Of a DNA stretch of 64,000 bases, positions 16,909 through 26,305 are shown in pieces. Positions within the stretch are counted from its first letter, which is position 1. Every line of letters begins with the position of its first letter. A program made the position numbers and the translations under genes. The stretch spans positions 33,809 through 97,808 of the forward strand of contig JBJEGD010000016.1 in assembly GCA_051874735.1 (NCBI GenBank), given 5' to 3'. This DNA comes from Candidatus Bruticola sp. GTDB taxonomy: Bacteria > Vulcanimicrobiota > Xenobia > Xenobiales > Xenobiaceae. The notes below the pieces were generated by a model. The model had not been told where the DNA came from, searched no databases, and saw nothing but the letters and a program-made list of their open reading frames with translations.

Positions 16909-19458
16909 CTAACGCGACCAACGGATGAAGTTGACAATATCTGTAAATTTAGCGTTAGCATGAGCCGGAATAACTCTTACAGAGTAGGCAAAATTACCGG
17001 TAGCATTGGGAGTAATTTTGCCTTCGTAGCAGTGAGCACCATCGCGGTAGCCTCCGTAGTTGAGTTCTACCACTTGCGGATTAACTATTTCTTCTTTTTC
17101 CAGCTTGCCGGCATAGAGCTCAACTTTGACCTGCTGCGGATTGAGTCTGCCTAAGAAGACGCGGGCATTAACTGAGAGCTCTTGACTGCGTTTCATTTCT
17201 CCGCGCTGCTGAGCCTCGGCTTCTAAATTGACCTCATGCCAGACACCTTCTAAATACTGCTTCCATTCTGCTAAATCTTTAGCTTTAGCATAATCGTTCT
17301 CACTAGCAATTTCGCCGTTAAGACCTGCAGGTACGTAAATATCATGACAATAATCGTGAAGCATGCGGTGAGTGGAATACTCTGGTACTAAAGAACTTAC
17401 GGAGTTAAGCATCAGTGAAGTCCAGACCGTAGGCACACCATCTTTATTGCGGTTATCGTAATAGGCCGGAACAATCTGCTCTTCTAAAGTAGAATAGAGA
17501 GAGTTCATATCGATGAAATCTTGCTCTTCATTGTTGTTGTAAGGGCGATTTTCACCAATAGACCAGCCGTTTTTGCCGTTGAAGCCCTCGGCCCACCAGC
17601 CGTCCAGCACGCTGAAGTTCAACACTCCGTTCATAGCTGCTTTTTCGCCGGAAGTTCCGGAAGCTTCTAAAGGACGGCGGGGATTGTTGAGCCAGACGTC
17701 GACACCTTGGACTAAATGACGAGCTAAATCTATATCATAGTCTTCTAACAGTATGATATGGCCTTTGAACTCAGGCATTTTGCTGTAATCGTGAATGCGC
17801 TTAATAAACTCTTGTCCAGGGCGATCAGCAGGATGGGCCTTGCCGGCGAAGACGAAATTGATTTCGCGTCCGGGAGCAAACATAATTTTCTTGAGTCGCT
17901 CAATATCTGAGAAGAGCAGTACAGCGCGTTTATAAGTAGCAAAGCGGCGGGCAAAACCGATAGTCAGCACATTAGGAGAGAGGCACTTCTTGGCACTCTC
18001 TATTTCAAATAGAGGAGCACTCAGGCGGCGGAGACGGCGCTCTTGACGGGTGCGGACGCCGTCGATCATGCGCTGCTTTAAAATTTGGTGTACATGCCAC
18101 ATCTCTTCCGCAGGGATCTTGGCCTTGTCCCAAATTTTGTGATTGTCGGGAGTGAGTTGCCAATCTTTAGATACATACTTTTTATAAAGATCGGAAATTT
18201 CGGGAGCTACCCAGGTGCCAATGTGAATTCCGTTAGTTACAGAAGTAATAGGAATTTCGGCAGCAGGAACTTCTGGCCATACGTCGCGCCACAGATGGCG
18301 AGAAACTTTGCCGTGAAGTTTACTTACACCATTGCTGAAACCGGCCAGCTTGAGACAGAAGATGGTTAAATTGAAAGGAGCTTCAGGATGGCCGGGATTC
18401 TGTCCTAAGCGCATAAATTCGTTACGGGACATACCCAGTTCATTGCGCACTTTCCAGAAGTGCATTTCCATAAGGTCATTGCCGAAGGCGTCTTGACCAG
18501 CGGGAACGGGAGTGTGAGTAGTGAAGCAAACTTTGGGAGAAATTACTTCAATAGCTTGACGCCAAGTCAGTCCTTTTTCGCTGACATATTCGCGCATAAG
18601 TTCGAGAGTTAAGAAAGCTGAGTGGCCTTCATTCATATGCCACACCCAGGGATCTAAACCTAAGCGACGCAAAGCCTTGACACCGCCGATACCCAAAATC
18701 TTTTCTTGGGCAATACGCATTTGGTTGTCGCCGCCGTAGAGCCGAGCAGAGAGACCGCGATCAGCCATCGAGTTCTGCTCGATGTCAGTATCGAGCAGGT
18801 AGAGTTTTATACGGCCAACATGAAGGATCCAGACGCGAGCACTTACAATGCGATCGGGCATTTCAATTTGGACAATGATTTCATTACCATTGGCGTCAAG
18901 AGCTTTTTCAGCTGGAACCATGGAAAAATCGAGGGGCTTATAACTGGCTTCCTGCCAGCCATCTTGGTTTATAGTCTGAATAAAGTAACCGTGGTTATAT
19001 AAGAGACCAACGCCAATCATGGGAATTCCCATGTCTGAAGCGGTTTTAAGATGATCTCCAGATAAAATGCCTAAACCACCAGAATAAATAGGCAGACTTT
19101 CATGCATGCCAAATTCGGCGGAGAAGTAAGCTATGATTTTATCTTTGTTTTCCGGGAAGGCTTCACTGTAGCGTGTAGTTTTGGGATTCATGTAAGCTTT
19201 AAAGTCGGCGATTACTTTATCGTAAGCTTTTAAGTAACTGTCGTCTTTGGCAGCATCTTCGAGTTTATTTTGATCGACGTTGGCTAAAACTGATACAGGA
19301 TTATGGCCGACACGATTCCACAACTCTTGATCTAAGTTTGCAAAAAGAGCTAATGCCTCTGGATTCCAAGACCACCACAAATTGTGGGACAGTTCCTGCA
19401 GACCGGCAATGCGATCGGGCAGTACGGGACGAACTACTACGGTGCCTAAAATATGCAC
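16909..19458 (-). CDS. glgP: Alpha-glucan (glycogen/maltodextrin) phosphorylase
   Basis: YSGGLGIL, HMNEGH, ARRFATYKR, PLP-lysine motif EASGTSGEK; GTG start with GGAGG. Confidence 0.97.
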   Translation of the reverse strand: MHILGTVVVRPVLPDRIAGLQELSHNLWWSWNPEALALFANLDQELWNRVGHNPVSVLANVDQNKLEDAAKDDSYLKAYDKVIADFKAYMNPKTTRYSEAFPENKDKIIAYFSAEFGMHESLPIYSGGLGILSGDHLKTASDMGIPMIGVGLLYNHGYFIQTINQDGWQEASYKPLDFSMVPAEKALDANGNEIIVQIEMPDRIVSARVWILHVGRIKLYLLDTDIEQNSMADRGLSARLYGGDNQMRIAQEKILGIGGVKALRRLGLDPWVWHMNEGHSAFLTLELMREYVSEKGLTWRQAIEVISPKVCFTTHTPVPAGQDAFGNDLMEMHFWKVRNELGMSRNEFMRLGQNPGHPEAPFNLTIFCLKLAGFSNGVSKLHGKVSRHLWRDVWPEVPAAEIPITSVTNGIHIGTWVAPEISDLYKKYVSKDWQLTPDNHKIWDKAKIPAEEMWHVHQILKQRMIDGVRTRQERRLRRLSAPLFEIESAKKCLSPNVLTIGFARRFATYKRAVLLFSDIERLKKIMFAPGREINFVFAGKAHPADRPGQEFIKRIHDYSKMPEFKGHIILLEDYDIDLARHLVQGVDVWLNNPRRPLEASGTSGEKAAMNGVLNFSVLDGWWAEGFNGKNGWSIGENRPYNNNEEQDFIDMNSLYSTLEEQIVPAYYDNRNKDGVPTVWTSLMLNSVSSLVPEYSTHRMLHDYCHDIYVPAGLNGEIASENDYAKAKDLAEWKQYLEGVWHEVNLEAEAQQRGEMKRSQELSVNARVFLGRLNPQQVKVELYAGKLEKEEIVNPQVVELNYGGYRDGAHCYEGKITPNATGNFAYSVRVIPAHANAKFTDIVNFIRWSR

Positions 19459-19514
19459 AGTAAAAACCTCCGAATATTTGTTTTATTAAGTTTACACAAA
19501 ATTTCTAATTTAGC

Positions 19515-19634
19515 TGCAGATCGGCTTCCAACCGGCAAAGGCTAGTCTGCAATGCAGGCGGAAATCAAAACAATTCAGCAGGAGCCCTTCTCCTGCAGCG
19601 TCTTATTCAGCCGCCCAGAATGGACGCCAGGCTC
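19515..19634 (-). ncRNA. Candidate structured leader RNA upstream of glgP (family unassigned)
   Basis: Three stems plus a possible pseudoknot; G-U pairs form only on the minus strand (see findings). Confidence 0.4.
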
Positions 19635-19690
19635 TTCGAATTACTAAATGAATAAACCTCTTACAGCTTCAAGCAGATAAAAATATTTTT

Positions 19691-20320
19691 TTATTTTTCT
19701 GCATAATTATTTGGAATAAATGGTGATAATGTAGCTAAGGTCAATTTCTTAGCAATTATAAATATGCAGAGAATGAGCATACCTATGCCGAGCAGGGCTG
19801 CTATTATTTTATTTGCAATAACTTTGGCCTGATTGTCCTCGCCGGGAGCTGAAGAAGTAAATTCACCGCCCGTCTTAGTTGAGGAAGCTTTGTTTATATT
19901 GCTTATAAAAGTTTTTGCCGATAAGTTAACCTCAGCGGCAGTCGTGCGTATTTTATCAGCTAAGCTTGTTAAAAAGCCTTCAGCAGGGATGGTAGATTTA
20001 GCACGGACATTCTGACTGCGCAGTTTAGTTGTTTGCAAAATTTTAGAAGGAGAAGAGGGGAGAGCCGCTTTGCTTCCGTTCGCAGCCAAGTTAAACTGTG
20101 TTTCAGATTCCGAATGGCTGGACTGCTCATCTGCTCCATTACAGGCAACAGCGGCAGTGTCTGCTTTAAGGTCGCTTTTTGCTTCATCAGTATCGTTCTG
20201 AACGATATGAGAAAAACTTTGAGGATCGGATATAGTGTCTTTAGCTAGTTCATATCCGCACATATCGCAGTATCTTGAATTAGGGAGCACTTGGGTGTGA
20301 CACTTGGGACACTCAGACAT
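19691..20320 (-). CDS. Zinc-ribbon domain protein with a disordered linker and a C-terminal transmembrane helix
   Basis: CPKC-x10-CDMC at the N-terminus; hydrophobic IIAALLGIGMLILCIFII; ATG 20320 with AGAGGAG. Confidence 0.75.
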   Translation of the reverse strand: MSECPKCHTQVLPNSRYCDMCGYELAKDTISDPQSFSHIVQNDTDEAKSDLKADTAAVACNGADEQSSHSESETQFNLAANGSKAALPSSPSKILQTTKLRSQNVRAKSTIPAEGFLTSLADKIRTTAAEVNLSAKTFISNINKASSTKTGGEFTSSAPGEDNQAKVIANKIIAALLGIGMLILCIFIIAKKLTLATLSPFIPNNYAEK

Positions 20321-20342
20321 TAAAAAATATCTCCTCTTGTGG

Positions 20343-21593
20343 CTAAGAAATTTTATTTTGAGTTTCAATCATTAAAGTTGCTCCTGCAACTATTATGTCA
20401 AAGCCATCGTCTAAAATTTGTTCATCTTTACTATCAAAGAAACTTCTCAGCTTGGCAGTGCCTCGAGCTAATGTGTTTAAACCGGTCTCCATATCGTTGT
20501 AAAGAGAAGCCAAAGTTTGGGCTGACTCCGTTGAGGACTGAGGCTGAGCAGCCGTTTTCTTTTTCATTTCAGCAAATTGAACTTGGCCGTCGCTCACTTT
20601 TTTAGAGAAGAAGTCTATTTCGCGCTTTAAATCTTTTTCATCTAGGAGCTTGCGTTTATAGGAGTTGATAGAACCTTCTAAACGAGAAATGTAGGTGTAA
20701 GCTGGCCCTTTAGATTCCACAGGAGTACGTTCTTTTACTTCCATAGTTTGAGTGGAAAGGCCTATTATGGCTGGTAGGGCGGCGCCACAGGATCGGCATT
20801 TTTTAGCCCCTCCAGGGTTGAGAGCTGAACAGTTGGGACAGGCAGACGGCTGGGCCACAGAGGCTTTCATCAATCTTTCTTGGACCGCAACAAGTACTTC
20901 ACTACTCTGTAGTAGTTCAGAACAGCCATCTTTTAAGAGTTTTTTATCGTATCCCCGCTGAAAACGGGCCATTTTGTCTAGAGCGGCCCCCATTTTCTGC
21001 AAAGCTTGTTCTGCTATAGGCAGAAGTTTTTCTACGTCATCGTTTTCTTTGGGAATTTCTTTAATGCTAGCAAAGTCGTCTTTAAATTCTAGAAAACGAT
21101 CTCGCAGCCAATCTACCTTATCTTTTAAAGTTTCAGGTTTGTATTGTCCTTTAGCTACGCCTGTGGCTATACGAACTATTTCTTGAATGTAAGGCGATTT
21201 GGAGAAAACCGGGAAGGACTCTTCCTCTTTTTTCATCTGTTCAAATATTTCAAACATATTTGCCAAGGCTCGGCGTCCTTGATCTATAAGAGAGGGAAAA
21301 GAGTCTGTTTTATTATCATTTAAACATGTCTTCAAACCGCTTAAAACTTCGGTAACAGACTTGAGTTCATGAGAAAATTCTTGAGGAATTCGCTGTGATA
21401 ACTCCGTTTTGGGACGGACTTTCAAAGCTTCTTGAAAAGAAGCGGCTAAGTACTGGGTAAACTCGGCCATATTGCGCAAAGCTTCCAGAAGATCTTCTTT
21501 AGCTGTTACGTCATCAGGGGCTTCATAGACAAACTCAGCAGCTCTGATAACTTCATTAAAAACGGGAGATATAGAAAGTTCAAAAGAATCCAT
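20343..21593 (-). CDS. Hypothetical helical protein with an internal zinc ribbon
   Basis: 416-aa ORF; CPNC-x10-CRSC; three similar helical segments. Confidence 0.75.
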   Translation of the reverse strand: MDSFELSISPVFNEVIRAAEFVYEAPDDVTAKEDLLEALRNMAEFTQYLAASFQEALKVRPKTELSQRIPQEFSHELKSVTEVLSGLKTCLNDNKTDSFPSLIDQGRRALANMFEIFEQMKKEEESFPVFSKSPYIQEIVRIATGVAKGQYKPETLKDKVDWLRDRFLEFKDDFASIKEIPKENDDVEKLLPIAEQALQKMGAALDKMARFQRGYDKKLLKDGCSELLQSSEVLVAVQERLMKASVAQPSACPNCSALNPGGAKKCRSCGAALPAIIGLSTQTMEVKERTPVESKGPAYTYISRLEGSINSYKRKLLDEKDLKREIDFFSKKVSDGQVQFAEMKKKTAAQPQSSTESAQTLASLYNDMETGLNTLARGTAKLRSFFDSKDEQILDDGFDIIVAGATLMIETQNKIS

Positions 21594-21789
21594 GTTCCTG
21601 AGTTTCTAGCTTCTTTATATACTACCTTTCATAACCTAATTGGCTCAGGTCTTTTATTTTACCTTAGCGAAGGAAAAAGGCTTTAGATAACCAAACAAGC
21701 AAGTCTATTTGCTAGAGAAATAGTTTATGTCCGGCAGAAGGAACAGCTCTTATTATTGCGGTTGTCCCTTATTATGAGGAGTATTTTTT

Positions 21790-22851
21790 ATGAAACAAAT
21801 TATTTTAACAGGTGATCGCCCGACTGGTCGTCTTCATATTGGCCACTATGTAGGGTCTTTGAAAGAGCGCGTATTATTGCAAAATTCCGGTCGCTACGAT
21901 GAAATTTATATTATGCTAGCTGACGCCCAGGCTTTGACTGATAATGCTGAGCATCCAGAAAGAGTGCGTCAAAATATTATGCAAGTGGCTTTAGATTATT
22001 TAGCTTGCGGAATAGATCCCGATAAGAGTACTATCTTTATTCAGTCTATGGTTCCTGAACTTACTGAACTTACTTTTTACTATATGAACTTAGTAACAGT
22101 CTCCCGAGTTCAGCGCAATCCGACCGTAAAGGCTGAAATTCAAATGCGCAATTTTGAAGCCAGCATTCCTGTAGGATTCTTCTGCTATCCGATCAGCCAA
22201 GCTTCTGATATTACAGCTTTTCAGGCTACGGCCGTTCCAGTAGGTGAAGATCAGATGCCTATGCTGGAACAGTGTCGTGAAATTGTTCACAAGTTCAATA
22301 CCGTTTATGGTGAGACTTTAGTGGAGCCGCAGATTATTCTGCCTTCTAATAAAGCCTGTCTGCGTTTGCCTGGTATCGATGGCAAAGCTAAAATGAGTAA
22401 ATCGTTAGGAAACTGTATATATCTTTCCGAAGAACCGGAAGATATTAAGAAAAAAGTAATGTCTATGTTTACCGATCCTACTCATCTGCGCCGCGAAGAT
22501 CCCGGCCATACTGAGGAAAACCCAGTTTTTATTTATTTAGAAGCTTTCTGCCGTGATGAACATTTTGCTGAGTTCTTGCCCGAATATGCCAATTTGGGTG
22601 AGTTAAAAGCTCACTACGAGCGCGGCGGCTTGGGCGATGTCGTTGTCAAAAAATTCCTTAACAATGTAATGCAAACGGAGCTTAAACCTATTCGCGAGCG
22701 CCGTCAGGCTTGGGAGAAGCGTTTGCCTGAAGTTGCTGAGATTTTACGTGTCGGTTGCCAAAAAGCTCAACTAAAGGCTGCTGAAACTCTGAGGGCAGTA
22801 CGTCGGGCCATGAAGATCGATTACTTTGAAGGCAGCAACCTATTTAATTAA
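21790..22851 (+). CDS. trpS: Tryptophanyl-tRNA synthetase
   Basis: TGDRPTG, HIGH, VPVGEDQ, KMSKS; GAGGAG RBS. Confidence 0.97.
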   Translation: MKQIILTGDRPTGRLHIGHYVGSLKERVLLQNSGRYDEIYIMLADAQALTDNAEHPERVRQNIMQVALDYLACGIDPDKSTIFIQSMVPELTELTFYYMNLVTVSRVQRNPTVKAEIQMRNFEASIPVGFFCYPISQASDITAFQATAVPVGEDQMPMLEQCREIVHKFNTVYGETLVEPQIILPSNKACLRLPGIDGKAKMSKSLGNCIYLSEEPEDIKKKVMSMFTDPTHLRREDPGHTEENPVFIYLEAFCRDEHFAEFLPEYANLGELKAHYERGGLGDVVVKKFLNNVMQTELKPIRERRQAWEKRLPEVAEILRVGCQKAQLKAAETLRAVRRAMKIDYFEGSNLFN

Positions 22852-22871
22852 AGATAACTCCTCAAGCAAAT

Positions 22872-22919
22872 AAAAAAGTCCCCGGCTGTTTTAAGTAAAA
22901 ATGGTAGAGGACTTTTTTT
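22872..22919. terminator. Probable bidirectional terminator
   Basis: aaaaaagtcc...ggactttttt imperfect stem between convergent genes. Confidence 0.55.
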
Positions 22920-22945
22920 ATTACTAAGTTGTTACGTAAATTTAG

Positions 22946-23893
22946 CTACACTATTTTTTGAAAAAGCCAAGAGCGATGAGATTTAGAATTGGCAAAATCA
23001 GGAGAAGTAGTTCTAGAGGTAATTTCTTGCCAGGTTATGTTAGGCAAGTTGGGAGCATTCATATTAAAGCTACGTTTATTGGTGCTGAAATAAAGTTGAC
23101 CTTCAGGGGACAGTAACTTTAAGCAGTTTTCAATAAGTTTACGATGATCGCGTTCAACTTCAAAGATATTGGCGGTCATTTTCGAATTGCTGAAAGTTGG
23201 CGGATCACAGATGATAACGTCGAATTGCTCGCCGTCCCTAACGGCATCATCAAGCCAACAGATAACGTCGTCCTCAATAAGAGTATTATCTAGGTTTTGT
23301 AAACCATTAAGGCAGAGATTGCGTTCAAGCCAATCTAAATAACGTCCGGACAGATCGACAGACACTGTACTGGCCGCTCCAGCCGCTCCAGCATAGACTG
23401 TAAAACTTCCTGTATAACAGAATAAATTTAGAAATCTGCGCCCTTGGCTCTGAGAAGCAGCCCAAGAGCGCATAAGGCGATGATCTAAAAATAAACCAGT
23501 ATCGTGATAGTCGCTTAAATTTACTAAAAAGCGGCAACCGCCTTCTTTAATAACAAATTCAGCTTTAGTGTTTCTCTGCCGTTTATATTGGCCGCCAGGT
23601 CGCCGATCTTTTACAAAAAGATTGCTTGAGTCTAAATTTAGCCCGTTCAAAGTCTGATTAACGACGTCCTGATAAAAAGACTGACGAGCTTCCGCTGAGT
23701 CGTCGCGGGTACGGCTAGAAATCCAGAGGACCACCCTGCCTTCGTAGTAATCCGCTATGACAGGGTACTCTGGAATATCATGATCGTAAATCCGAAAGCA
23801 ACCAATATTTTGACGTTTAGCCCACTTAGCAAAGTGCTTAAATCTTTTGCGCAGGCGGTTGGCTAAAATAGGCTCTCTAGTGTTGTCTGTCAT
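22946..23893 (-). CDS. RlmK-like 23S rRNA methyltransferase (C-terminal half of RlmKL as a stand-alone gene)
   Basis: LANRLRK...WAK...FRIYDHDIPEY, DYHDTGLFLDHR, LNLFCYTG, DPPTFSNSK. Confidence 0.85.
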   Translation of the reverse strand: MTDNTREPILANRLRKRFKHFAKWAKRQNIGCFRIYDHDIPEYPVIADYYEGRVVLWISSRTRDDSAEARQSFYQDVVNQTLNGLNLDSSNLFVKDRRPGGQYKRQRNTKAEFVIKEGGCRFLVNLSDYHDTGLFLDHRLMRSWAASQSQGRRFLNLFCYTGSFTVYAGAAGAASTVSVDLSGRYLDWLERNLCLNGLQNLDNTLIEDDVICWLDDAVRDGEQFDVIICDPPTFSNSKMTANIFEVERDHRKLIENCLKLLSPEGQLYFSTNKRSFNMNAPNLPNITWQEITSRTTSPDFANSKSHRSWLFQKIV

Positions 23894-23905
23894 GGCTACA
23901 TCCGT

Positions 23906-25978
23906 CTACTTAAGTTTATAGCCGTTTTCAGCTAATATTTCTAAACCGCTCAGATTAAGGGGCTGGCCCAAAGCGTATCCTTCTTGCAGTTTAAGTCCAA
24001 CGCTAAAGAGGTGATCGGCTTCCTCTTGATTGGCTGCTCCGTTAATTATGCAGCTGCAATTTAAAAATTCGGCTGCTTTTTGGCACATTTGGGCGTAACG
24101 CTCTTTTACTTTTCGACTGCGCTCAGGGGAAGATATGTCTAAGTAATGGCTCTTAACGCCTTTTAAATTGAGATTGAGCATATCGCACAAAGAGAGGGCG
24201 GTGCTGCCAAAGCGATCTAAAACACATCCTATACCATGCTGATCCAGAAGGTCAATTATCTGCTTGGACATATTGATATCTTGAGCCAGAGTTTCTTCAC
24301 AAACTTCCAGCCGGATGCGATGGGCTGCAAATTGGTAATCTTGGCAGCTTAGAAGAATATTATCCAGCAGATCACTGTCAAAAAACTGGCGTTTACAGAC
24401 ATTGAAGTTAATTGTAAAGTTTTCTGGAAGAGGGGCGAAAGAGTTGAGCTTTTTCATCTGCTCGAGTGAAGATTTGATGAGTTCATAACCAATCGGCAGT
24501 ATAAGTTGATCGCGATCACAAAGATCGAGGAACTCATCGGGCAGTAGAGTGGCGCCGTTAGGGTGGCGCCAGCGAAGCAAAACTTCTATGCCGATTACCG
24601 AATTATCTTCACGGTTAATTATAGGAAGATAGCGCGGTATGAATTGGCGGCCGCCGATGGCGTCGTACAATTCTTGCTCTCTGGCTAATCGTTCTTGGGA
24701 GTATTTCTGATGCTTTTCATTGCACATACGAGCTTTGTTCTCGCCTAAAGTCTTGGCCAGTAGAGAGGCCTTGCAGGCGTCGTTTAGCAGACTTTCAGGG
24801 GATTCATAGCCGTCGCAAGATACAGCAATGCCTATACTCGTATTCACGTTTATCTGGTTGTCGAAAATGCGCATAGGAGAAGATAGTGACTTAGAAATGC
24901 GGTTAGCTACGCGCAAGGCGTCACTGACTTCGCGCAAATCGTCAAGCAGAATAGCGAAGCTATTTTGCTCAACTCGGGAAACTAGGTCTGAAGCTCTAGA
25001 AGATAATTGAAGTCTTCTGCTTACAGTTGACCAAATCTGCTCAATTTCAGCATTGGTAAACTTTGTATCTTGTTTGTCTAAGTCGTTGATAGTTACATTT
25101 AAAAGGCCGAACAGATACTTCTCATTGCGTATAGCCCGCACCATAGCTCTTTCTAGGAGATCGTAGAACACGTGGCGTCCCGGAAGACCGGTCACACTGT
25201 CATAGGAAAAAGAATTACTGATGTCGCTTATATTGCCGACTAAGCGCTGAGCTTCACCGCTGCTGTTTCTTACGGCGATGGCGCGTACCAAAACCCAACG
25301 ATGAGTTCCGTCTTGGCGCATAACTCTATGCTGAACTTCCAAGTAAGGTGTTTTGCCTTCAAGATGTTCTTTTAATTTTTCAGATACTGAAGCGTAATCT
25401 TCGGGGTGAATAGCGTTAAACCAATCTTGAGGGGAAGCTGGTGAATTCAGATCGTGTTCCAGACAGAGAAGTTCATAGACTCTGGGTGAATTTATAATGG
25501 AATTATTTTTAATATCCCAATCGAAAACTCCGCCGTTTATAGCTTTTACGGCCAGATTTAGACGTTCCTCTTGGAGCCGCAGTTGTTCGTAAGAGTTTTT
25601 TAAAGAAAGGCAAAGTTTTACTTTAGCTTCTAGTTCTTCTTTACCAGTCGGCTTTATTATGTAGTAATTGGCTCCAGCCGTCCAAGCGGCAACTTTGTCG
25701 CTGTATTCTCCAAGTGAAGAGACAACAATAATAGGCAGTTCTGCTAAGTTCCAGCGACTGCGCAGTTCTTTAATAAAATTGAGGCCATTTATATCTTTAG
25801 CCAAAGTTTCCAGAATAAAAACATCGGCGGTTTTGTCTTCAATAATTTTGAGAGCTTCACTGCATTTATCTACAGCTATGGCCTCGAAACCGCTGCCTTC
25901 CAGATAATGGCAGATTAGCATTCTGCTGACACCCTGATCTTCGGCCACCAAAATTCGGTTTAAGATGCTGTTTGTCAT
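23906..25978 (-). CDS. REC-PAS-GGDEF-EAL protein with degenerate active sites
   Basis: Receiver fold; PAS (IHPED, DGTHRWV); DSVTGLP and RASD...EQNSF; EVLLRW and LDRFGS; ATG 25978 with GGAGG. Confidence 0.88.
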   Translation of the reverse strand: MTNSILNRILVAEDQGVSRMLICHYLEGSGFEAIAVDKCSEALKIIEDKTADVFILETLAKDINGLNFIKELRSRWNLAELPIIVVSSLGEYSDKVAAWTAGANYYIIKPTGKEELEAKVKLCLSLKNSYEQLRLQEERLNLAVKAINGGVFDWDIKNNSIINSPRVYELLCLEHDLNSPASPQDWFNAIHPEDYASVSEKLKEHLEGKTPYLEVQHRVMRQDGTHRWVLVRAIAVRNSSGEAQRLVGNISDISNSFSYDSVTGLPGRHVFYDLLERAMVRAIRNEKYLFGLLNVTINDLDKQDTKFTNAEIEQIWSTVSRRLQLSSRASDLVSRVEQNSFAILLDDLREVSDALRVANRISKSLSSPMRIFDNQINVNTSIGIAVSCDGYESPESLLNDACKASLLAKTLGENKARMCNEKHQKYSQERLAREQELYDAIGGRQFIPRYLPIINREDNSVIGIEVLLRWRHPNGATLLPDEFLDLCDRDQLILPIGYELIKSSLEQMKKLNSFAPLPENFTINFNVCKRQFFDSDLLDNILLSCQDYQFAAHRIRLEVCEETLAQDINMSKQIIDLLDQHGIGCVLDRFGSTALSLCDMLNLNLKGVKSHYLDISSPERSRKVKERYAQMCQKAAEFLNCSCIINGAANQEEADHLFSVGLKLQEGYALGQPLNLSGLEILAENGYKLK

Positions 25979-26158
25979 AAAAAATGAGCCTCCCAAAAAG
26001 ATCGAACTTGTTAAATTCTAGAAATTTGATAACCTAATTTGGGGGGATACGTTAAAGGCTGTTCTTTTCCTTTCAAGCTTGGATAGGCCCTAATAGCTGT
26101 TTTGTACAGCATATACATTTTTTGTTTACTTTTAACTGTAGATTTGCATAAATTATTT

Positions 26159-26167
26159 TGTTATACT
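26159..26167 (+). promoter_or_regulatory. Extended -10 promoter element
   Basis: TGtTATACT in an AT-rich stretch, ending 4 nt before a GC-rich structured island. Confidence 0.5.
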
Positions 26168-26171
26168 ATTA

Positions 26172-26291
26172 GGGCAGGGGAGTGCGCGGGCGAACAATCA
26201 ATGCCAACTTGGCAGTTTGTTCAGGGAGTGAAACCTCTGGCGGCTGCCCATCGACACGCGGGCGAATGTGTCGACCTAGCGGCCCCTGCGC
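26172..26291 (+). ncRNA. Candidate stand-alone structured ncRNA (about 120 nt, family unassigned)
   Basis: GC-rich island with paired ends (GCAGGGG/CCCCTGC), several internal hairpins, an upstream promoter and a downstream terminator. Confidence 0.6.
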
Positions 26292-26305
26292 AAGTCTATC
26301 AATAA

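Noticed and set aside
19578-19640. SAH riboswitch on the + strand (TGCA...CCAGGCTC) or an HDV-like ribozyme on the - strand
   Set aside because: The SAH GAGCG/CGCTC pseudoknot is missing and no + strand gene follows; the HDV P3/L3 pyrimidine loop is missing
21600-21789. Possible T-box leader upstream of trpS
   Set aside because: No GGTGG-ACC T-box motif or antiterminator/terminator pair is visible
26172-26291. 5S rRNA or tRNA identity for the GC-rich island (ATGCC-AAC and GTGAAAC echo 5S)
   Set aside because: Spacing and helices do not fit 5S; no cloverleaf, TTCG T-loop or CCA end
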